Source: a virus (lineage: Duplodnaviria; Caudoviricetes). From it: a stretch of 63,098 bases of DNA. The translations under genes and the position numbers were made by a program. Shown piece by piece: positions 58,112-63,098 of this stretch. Each line of letters begins with the position of its first letter. The stretch's first letter is position 1. The notes under the pieces are model-generated. The model saw only the letters and a list, made by a program, of their open reading frames with translations, was not told the DNA's origin and did not search any database. The stretch spans positions 1 through 63,098 of the IMG/VR virus record IMGVR_UViG_3300044641_004951, one strand, 5' to 3'.

Positions 58112-58414
58112 TTATTTCAGGAAATTACCTGACCCGGATGCAATTATACATGCAAGATTGTTCTTTGTCAAGAACAGTCCGATCGTGTATTCCTCATTGT
58201 CCTTATTGTGTGGCATGAAAGAGAGTACACCTTCTTTCGCATGGAGTGTGTCAATGCCGGCGAATACGATCTTTTCTTTTAGCTCTTTTGTTAAGAGATT
58301 CAATACAACATCCCTGTCAAAACAATTCACAGTGTATGTGACTTTGGTTTCTTTACTTTGTGCAGAAACTAAAGTGGAAAATGCAATTAGCACTGCACAA
58401 AGTAGGGTTTTCAT
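58112..58414 (-). CDS. Small secreted hypothetical protein (paralog B)
   Basis: Signal peptide; CFDRD...KEKIVF...CII; similar to 54854-55156. Confidence 0.7.
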   Translation of the reverse strand: MKTLLCAVLIAFSTLVSAQSKETKVTYTVNCFDRDVVLNLLTKELKEKIVFAGIDTLHAKEGVLSFMPHNKDNEEYTIGLFLTKNNLACIIASGSGNFLK

Positions 58415-58415
58415 T

Positions 58416-58688
58416 TTATGCCTTAAATATATTGACGAATATTGTATTATCTTCTAACGCTTCTATCTCATGCCACTCATTTTCAACTAGATTAATAGGA
58501 TCACTATCTTTCGTGAGTACACATTCTTTACCCTCTTTGCGTATCAAAAAACTTCCCGACTGACATGAAGTTAAGTGTGAAAATGTATGGTCATGTTTGG
58601 GTAACCCTTCACCTTTATTTGCATGATAAACATTAAAAGTTGTTGAGTTATAGGTATAACTCTTAGTTGGTGAGATGGGTTTAACCAC
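58416..58688 (-). CDS. Cupin-domain protein
   Basis: GEGLPKHDHTFSH...WHEIEALED.T.FVN. Confidence 0.75.
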   Translation of the reverse strand: MVKPISPTKSYTYNSTTFNVYHANKGEGLPKHDHTFSHLTSCQSGSFLIRKEGKECVLTKDSDPINLVENEWHEIEALEDNTIFVNIFKA

Positions 58689-58689
58689 G

Positions 58690-59013
58690 TTAGAAATTTT
58701 TAATTTCAGCTACTGTATTCGCTGATATTGGCATTTGCGTTGGCATAGGGGCATTTGTGGTAAGTTTAGTGCCATCCCAAGTGTAACCAACTCTACCACC
58801 ACCAATGCGTTCAACTAAAACAAATGATTTGGAAGATTTTTCATATTCCCAAACTAATGCAGTAGTGCTTTCTAATGGCATTGCCGTATAGTTTTCACCT
58901 GGATTCCATGTTTCTGTGTTACCATCCCATACACAAATATTTTCACATACAGCAGGACTAAGAGAAGTATTAATTACCAAATATGATTGAATCGTCATTT
59001 TTTCTCCTATCAA
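58690..59013 (-). CDS. Hypothetical protein, possible fibre chaperone
   Basis: NICVWDG...W.P and GYTWDG motifs, typical of small genes that follow Gly-rich fibre-tip proteins. Confidence 0.5.
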   Translation of the reverse strand: MIGEKMTIQSYLVINTSLSPAVCENICVWDGNTETWNPGENYTAMPLESTTALVWEYEKSSKSFVLVERIGGGRVGYTWDGTKLTTNAPMPTQMPISANTVAEIKNF

Positions 59014-59759
59014 TATTCAATGATCATTAAACCGGACATACCACCAGAAGCTGCACCGCTAGAAGGAGATGCAGCATATACACCGCCACTGCCGGGTATG
59101 TATTTACTACTGGGTGACCAAGTTTGAGCAAGTGTACTGGCAGTGTCGTTCCAAACTGGACGACCGCCAAACAATTGATAAGAAAGACCCCAAGCAATCC
59201 AAGCACCACTTATAGTACCGTTTGTAGTACCGCCAGCACTTATACCGTCACCACTGCGAATGAGTGTTCCTGTGGTGCTGGATGTGCCATCAACTCCGTT
59301 AGCCGAGGTCGAAATTTGCCACCCGTAACAACAACCAAATAGAAAAGTAGCAGTTCCACCAGTACCACCTGTACATGAAATTAATTTACTACCTGAATTT
59401 ATACCAAACCATGTTTCACCGCCCGGGGCACCATCTTCTCCGGTGCCACTGCCATAGTTTGGATTAGCCCCAGTCCCACCACCACCTATGGTAACTGTAT
59501 ATAAAGTACCACCTGTTACTGTTACTAGTGCAATCGCACAAGCGCCCATTCCACCCATAGAACGTCCACTGGTTAAGCCATTCCATCCGGCCCCGCCGCC
59601 ACCACCTCCTACTGCGGTTATTTTCAACTGCGTTACACCAGCTGGCGGAGTAAAACTGCCACTTGAAGTATGAAATGAAATTCTATGTCCTAAATATGCT
59701 GTGCTTTGCTGACTAGAATCGTTAAATAGTACACCTGTGTTGTTTAAGGTTGCTGGCAT
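59010..59759 (-). CDS. Glycine-rich fibre/adhesin-like protein
   Basis: SSGSFTPPAGVTQLKITAVGGGGGG, YTVTIGGGG, terminal GGMSGLMIIEY. Confidence 0.7.
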   Translation of the reverse strand: MPATLNNTGVLFNDSSQQSTAYLGHRISFHTSSGSFTPPAGVTQLKITAVGGGGGGAGWNGLTSGRSMGGMGACAIALVTVTGGTLYTVTIGGGGTGANPNYGSGTGEDGAPGGETWFGINSGSKLISCTGGTGGTATFLFGCCYGWQISTSANGVDGTSSTTGTLIRSGDGISAGGTTNGTISGAWIAWGLSYQLFGGRPVWNDTASTLAQTWSPSSKYIPGSGGVYAASPSSGAASGGMSGLMIIEY

Positions 59760-59830
59760 CCTTTACTCCATTTTATATGTTGTTATTATAGAAATTGATG
59801 TATTCTGCCAACGTATTTATTACTCTACGA

Positions 59831-60841
59831 TCAATGATTAATTTGCTTCCATACCCTATTGCGTATCTCATTTGTCAATTTGTCGGGTAGAGGTACGTAT
59901 TCTAAATCTAACGCAAGCTGCTTACCACTACGGAAAGCCCAGTCAAAAAACTTAAGGATTTCTTTTGACTCATTTTTATCTTTAGGATTAATATACATCA
60001 GAATGAACGATGCGGTAACTACTGGATACGAATCTTTACCGGGTTGATCTACTAATGATATACCCATCCCAGGCACACTTGCCCAATCGGCGCCAGCAGC
60101 AGCTGCAGCAAAAGTCTCATCACCTGGCATTACAAAGTTGCCCGAACGATTCTGTAAGGCGAGAACGGCGATGTTATTTTTCTTTGCGTATGCATACTCG
60201 ACGTAACCAATAGAACCCTTAATACGTGTAACGTTAGCAGCTACGCCTTCGTTACCCTTACCTCCTACAGATGAGGAGGCCGGCCATTTAACAGCTGCTC
60301 CTTTACCTACACGATCAGACCATTCTTTACTTACTGAACTTAAATAATCAGTCCAGTTGAATGTTGTACCTGAACCATCCGCACGGTGAACTACTGTTAT
60401 GTTGGTATTAGGTAGTGTCTTGCCGGGATTAAGACTAGCAATTTTTGTATCGTTCCATTTAGTAATATTACCAAGAAAAATATCAGCTAGCACCTGACCT
60501 GTAATTCGAAGTTCACCCTTCTTAAAACCGTCTAGATTAAAAATAGGAACTGTCCCTCCAATTATAGCAGGAAACTGAATCATTTTGTCTCTTTCTAGCT
60601 CATCACCAGGGACCGGGGCATCTGTAGCGCCGAATGCAACGGTATTGGCACGTATTTGTCTAATGCCACCAGAAGAGCCTATTGACTGGTAATTAAGTTT
60701 TGTACCGGTAAGCTTACTATATTCTTCAGCCCATTTAGCGTAAATAGGAAAAGGGAATGTAGCACCGGCTCCACTAATAGTAGTATTAGCAAATGCACTG
60801 CAGTAAAAAAATAAGGCAAAAACAGCAAATAGTAATTTCAT
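59831..60841 (-). CDS. pstS: Phosphate ABC transporter substrate-binding protein
   Basis: Signal peptide, GAGATFP, NYQSIGSSGGI, FGATDAP, VHRADGSGTT, GGKGNEGV, GSIGYVEY. Confidence 0.96.
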   Translation of the reverse strand: MKLLFAVFALFFYCSAFANTTISGAGATFPFPIYAKWAEEYSKLTGTKLNYQSIGSSGGIRQIRANTVAFGATDAPVPGDELERDKMIQFPAIIGGTVPIFNLDGFKKGELRITGQVLADIFLGNITKWNDTKIASLNPGKTLPNTNITVVHRADGSGTTFNWTDYLSSVSKEWSDRVGKGAAVKWPASSSVGGKGNEGVAANVTRIKGSIGYVEYAYAKKNNIAVLALQNRSGNFVMPGDETFAAAAAGADWASVPGMGISLVDQPGKDSYPVVTASFILMYINPKDKNESKEILKFFDWAFRSGKQLALDLEYVPLPDKLTNEIRNRVWKQINH

Positions 60842-60887
60842 AAAACTCCTCGTTTGTTACTCGTAATAATATTTAACTGCAAAAAGG

Positions 60888-60905
60888 ATTACGTTTTTAT
60901 GAAAA
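60888..60905 (-). promoter_or_regulatory. Putative Pho box upstream of pstS
   Basis: TTTTCATAAAAACGTAAT has TTCAT and GTAAT half-sites 11 nt apart, resembling CTGTCAT-N4-CTGTCAT. Confidence 0.45.
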
Positions 60906-60981
60906 AAATTTTTAAATATTAAACGTCCTTAATGTGCAACCAAATTATGAATAGAATGAATATGATGCATATCGCCCCAAT

Positions 60982-61137
60982 TTATTCTCCTTTTTCGGTT
61001 TGTGGGTTTTCATCTAAGGCTAGATCATCGAGAAAGTCATAATATTCATTTTTCATTATAACTAACTCAAACCATTTTTGCACTTTTGGATCTGTATAGA
61101 TTGAAGTTGTATCTTCATTATTAGCGGTAGAGGTCAT
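60982..61137 (-). CDS. Small hypothetical protein (51 aa)
   Basis: Not in the ORF track. Manual translation MTSTANNEDTTSIYTDPKVQKWFEL...KGE*, with AAGGA upstream. Confidence 0.45.
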   Translation of the reverse strand: MTSTANNEDTTSIYTDPKVQKWFELVIMKNEYYDFLDDLALDENPQTEKGE

Positions 61138-61148
61138 TACTATCCTTG

Positions 61149-61224
61149 TGGTGCCGCCTCCTGGAATCGAACCAGGTTCACCGGCTCTTCAGACCGGCGC
61201 TATGACCACATCAGCTAAGACGGC
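61149..61224 (-). tRNA. tRNA-Phe(GAA)
   Basis: Cloverleaf; anticodon arm CCGGT-CTGAAGA-GCCGG; GGTTCGATTCC; encoded CCA. Confidence 0.9.
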
Positions 61225-61230
61225 TATTGT

Positions 61231-61305
61231 TGGGCAGACGTTACGGATACGATCCGTTCCCTACGCTTTCACAGAGCGCAATGCTTCCACTACACCAAAC
61301 GCTGC
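61231..61305 (-). tRNA. tRNA-His(GTG), atypical T-arm and acceptor stem
   Basis: GCGCT-CTGTGAA-AGCGT; G-1:C73; T-loop ATCGTAT; encoded CCA. Confidence 0.75.
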
Positions 61306-61313
61306 ACTGTTGA

Positions 61314-61389
61314 TGGTGCTCGGTGAAGGACTCGAACCTTCATAATTCATCTTGTAAGGATGACGGCTTACCTCTCACACCAACCGAGC
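61314..61389 (-). tRNA. tRNA-Val(TAC)
   Basis: GCTCGGT/ACCGAGC acceptor stem, TCATC-CTTACAA-GATGA, GGTTCGAGTCC, CCA. Confidence 0.88.
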
Positions 61390-61998
61390 TAGAATAGATT
61401 CTAATGTTAAGTTTGTACTGTCTAAAATAACAACTTCCACATTATTTTGCTTACAAACAGTTCTTATCTTTTCCTTATCTTTTTGGATCAAAAAATCATT
61501 TTTTGGATCTAAGTATAAATTATATTGTACTAAGAAAAAATCTGGAAAGTACCGTTTTTTTTTGCCATCAATTATGTAATTTAGATGCTTTGGGCGTTTC
61601 CATTCGATTTTATTTTCATCTAATATTTTTGCAACTTTAAATTCGTACGATGATTCTAACCAAACTTTGCCAGCATAAGGAGACTCATACCATCCATGGG
61701 CATGTTTGTTCCTATTACTACCGCCAAATTCTCTTTCTATTGCTATCTTTGATAGCTTCTGTTTTGCTGAATCTGAAATAGGGGTTGTTCTTGGTTTTCC
61801 CTTTGTAGATCTGGAACACTTCTCAGAGGCAACTTTTATTCTCTCATCAGAATCTTTCGTTAGCCCTTTGTTCCATCCTGATCTAGTGCCATTTTTATAC
61901 CCTATATTAGGATTATGACTTCTTCCATCTCCATGCATTCTCCAAAAATGATATTTAACGCTTTTACCTTGTTTATTGCATAAAGGGCATATCTCCAT
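61375..61998 (-). CDS. Free-standing putative homing endonuclease (NUMOD-like DNA-binding region plus PD-(D/E)xK nuclease)
   Basis: N-terminal CPLC..H...H, GWNKGLTKDSDERI, K.KLS motif, ESSYE, RYFPDFFL..YNLYLDPK; sits inside a tRNA cluster. Confidence 0.75.
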   Translation of the reverse strand: MEICPLCNKQGKSVKYHFWRMHGDGRSHNPNIGYKNGTRSGWNKGLTKDSDERIKVASEKCSRSTKGKPRTTPISDSAKQKLSKIAIEREFGGSNRNKHAHGWYESPYAGKVWLESSYEFKVAKILDENKIEWKRPKHLNYIIDGKKKRYFPDFFLVQYNLYLDPKNDFLIQKDKEKIRTVCKQNNVEVVILDSTNLTLESILARLV

Positions 61999-62007
61999 TA
62001 TTTTCTC

Positions 62008-62033
62008 CTTTTTCTTATATTTATAAGAAAAAG
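62008..62033 (-). promoter_or_regulatory. Late promoter TATAAATA (62018-62025) inside a hairpin that reaches into the endonuclease RBS
   Basis: CTTTTTCTTATA-AA-TATAAGAAAAAG inverted repeat; its 3' arm includes the AAG of AAGGAG. Confidence 0.75.
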
Positions 62034-62035
62034 AC

Positions 62036-62069
62036 TAAGGAGGGTGTTCTACCTTTAAACTAAAGAGGC
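62036..62069 (-). pseudogene. 5' half of a tRNA truncated in the anticodon loop (consistent with Val-TAC)
   Basis: GCCTCTT-TA-GTTT-AAAGGTA-GAAC-A-CCCTC-CTTA; no matching 3' half (AAGAGGC-NCCA) is found downstream. Confidence 0.7.
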
Positions 62070-62076
62070 AAATTAA

Positions 62077-62153
62077 TGGAGCGGCTATCCGAATTCGAAT
62101 CGGAACTTAAACCTTGGCAAGGTCTCGTGCTAACCGTTAAACACCATAGCCGC
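62077..62153 (-). tRNA. tRNA-Gly(GCC)
   Basis: GCGGCTA/TAGCCGC, AGACC-TTGCCAA-GGTTT, TCCA end. Confidence 0.9.
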
Positions 62154-62157
62154 GTAT

Positions 62158-62233
62158 TGGAGCGGGTAGGGGGATTCGAGCCCCTCTATTGAAGTTTGGA
62201 AGACTTCCGTGTAACCACAAACACTTTACCCGC
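62158..62233 (-). tRNA. tRNA-Gly(TCC)
   Basis: GCGGGTA/TACCCGC, GAAGT-CTTCCAA-ACTTC, TCCA end. Confidence 0.9.
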
Positions 62234-62242
62234 ATATCGTTG

Positions 62243-62250
62243 TATTTATA
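62243..62250 (-). promoter_or_regulatory. T4-type late promoter within the tRNA array
   Basis: Exact TATAAATA 9 nt upstream of tRNA-Gly(TCC). Confidence 0.6.
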
Positions 62251-62303
62251 TGTTATTCCTTGTTTAAACAAGGGATCTCATTATCTTTTGCATTATCTAT
62301 ATT

Positions 62304-62378
62304 TGGTACGCCCTAAGGGAATCAAACCCCTAACTCAACGTTCGTAGCGTTACGTGATATTCATTTCACCAAAGGCGT
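62304..62378 (-). tRNA. tRNA-Arg(ACG)
   Basis: ACGCCTT/AGGGCGT, TAACG-CTACGAA-CGTTG, CCA. Confidence 0.85.
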
Positions 62379-62382
62379 ATGA

Positions 62383-62457
62383 TGGTGGTCATGGTTGGTA
62401 ACGATCCAACCTTCTCGGCTTATGAAACCGGCCTACATCCTTCTATAGCACATGACC
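62383..62457 (-). tRNA. tRNA with CAT anticodon (Met or Ile2)
   Basis: GGTCATG/CATGACC, CGGT-TTCATAA-GCCG, CCA; atypical D- and T-loops. Confidence 0.75.
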
Positions 62458-62461
62458 ATTG

Positions 62462-62535
62462 TGGTTGCGGAGCCGCTGAATCGAACAGGTCCTGTAGGTT
62501 ATGAGCCTACCGTGCTTCCATCACACTCGCCCGCA
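62462..62535 (-). tRNA. tRNA-Met(CAT), initiator-like acceptor end
   Basis: TGCGG.../CCGCA-ACCA, GTAGG-CTCATAA-CCTAC. Confidence 0.75.
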
Positions 62536-62546
62536 ACTGTATTATA

Positions 62547-62622
62547 TGGCATCCCGGGACGGAGTTGAACCGCCAACCTTGGGTTTTGGAGACCCCTGCT
62601 CTGCCAATTGAGCTACCGAGAT
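62547..62622 (-). tRNA. tRNA-Trp(CCA)
   Basis: AGCTCAATTGGCAGAGC D-arm, GGGT-CTCCAAA-ACCC, GCCA end. Confidence 0.9.
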
Positions 62623-62636
62623 ATTACTTATCTAAA

Positions 62637-62712
62637 TGGCAGGGGATAGAGGATTCGAACCTCTAACCTGCGGGATCAAAACCCGTTGCTCTACCAATTG
62701 AGCTAATCCCCA
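62637..62712 (-). tRNA. tRNA-Gln(TTG)
   Basis: CGGG-TTTTGAT-CCCG, GGTTCGAATCC, GCCA end. Confidence 0.9.
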
Positions 62713-62719
62713 TTAGAAA

Positions 62720-62797
62720 TGGTCCGTGTAGCAGGATTCGAACCTGCGCAATCTCCGCCCCAAACGGAGTGACTTGACCTGACTAGCCTATACACGG
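62720..62797 (-). tRNA. tRNA-Pro(TGG)
   Basis: CTCCG-TTTGGGG-CGGAG, GGTTCGAATCC, CCA. Confidence 0.92.
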
Positions 62798-62803
62798 AAA
62801 AAT

Positions 62804-62877
62804 TGGTGCCCCCACCGTGAATCGAACACGGACCTGATGCTTACAAGGCAACTGCACGACCTTCATGCTACAGGGGC
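62804..62877 (-). tRNA. tRNA-Thr(TGT)
   Basis: GCCCCTG/TGGGGGC, TGC-CTTGTAA-GCA, CCA. Confidence 0.88.
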
Positions 62878-62885
62878 TTTTATAT

Positions 62886-62961
62886 TGGCTGACCGAACTG
62901 GGATCGAACCAGTCTCACACGGATTAACAGTCCGGCCGCACACCGTTGTGCGTTTCGGTCA
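62886..62961 (-). tRNA. tRNA-Asn(GTT)
   Basis: TGACCGA/TCGGTCA, CGGA-CTGTTAA-TCCG, GCCA end. Confidence 0.85.
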
Positions 62962-62973
62962 AAAAATTCTTTA

Positions 62974-63049
62974 TGGTGGACCGAAGGAGAATCGAACTCC
63001 CCACAGGGTGCTTGCAAGGCACTCTCGCCCCCTTGGTACATGCCGGCCC
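62974..63049 (-). tRNA. tRNA-Ala(TGC)
   Basis: GGGCCGG/TCGGTCC with G3:U70, GTGC-CTTGCAA-GCAC, CCA. Confidence 0.88.
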
Positions 63050-63098
63050 ATAATTCTTCCTGCTTACCGAATACAGGGACACCATATCGTTGTGTCGG

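Noticed and set aside
57524-58563. Plus-strand ORFs (57524, 57999, 58006, 58360)
   Set aside because: They are antisense to the tmRNA and to better-supported minus-strand genes.
61148-61345. 65-aa plus-strand ORF
   Set aside because: It is an antisense translation of tRNA genes (PPGIEP and EGLEP patterns come from T-arms).
61375-62069. Group I intron in a tRNA anticodon loop
   Set aside because: There is no room for an intron core around the ORF and no 3' exon complementary to the GCCTCTT acceptor strand; the downstream tRNA is complete on its own.
1-63098. Stop-codon reassignment or suppressor tRNAs
   Set aside because: Core genes are full length in the standard code, and no complete tRNA has a CTA, TTA or TCA anticodon.

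Overview
The window is a 63-kb segment of a large T4-like myovirus genome. The PstS sequence and tmRNA tag suggest a betaproteobacterial host (inference). It contains the neck and tail-completion genes (gp15, gp14, gp13), the baseplate and tail module (gp8, gp7, gp6, gp25, gp5, hub, gp53, gp48, gp4, gp2, gp54, gp26, gp51), gp32, gp59, gp33, pstS, a tmRNA and 13 complete tRNAs. Between the neck and baseplate genes is a ~23-kb late-promoter island with ADP-heptose enzymes, a putative PAPS-forming kinase/nucleotidyltransferase fusion, a sulfotransferase, methyl- and glycosyltransferases and 2OG-Fe(II) oxygenases, placed around two collagen-like fibres and a 1821-aa RCC1-repeat protein. Top observations: (1) the 35 RCC1 blades parse exactly into five 7-bladed propellers inserted inside one another as a branched tree; (2) the island looks like a virion-decoration system; (3) the tmRNA gene is circularly permuted (two-piece); (4) a free-standing endonuclease appears to have split a tRNA-Val(TAC) at its anticodon and is followed by a divergent replacement tRNA-Val; (5) gp51 has no ATG before its conserved N-terminus and can be reached from gp26 by a -1 slip on a T7 run. 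All calls come from reading motifs by eye; no database searches were run.
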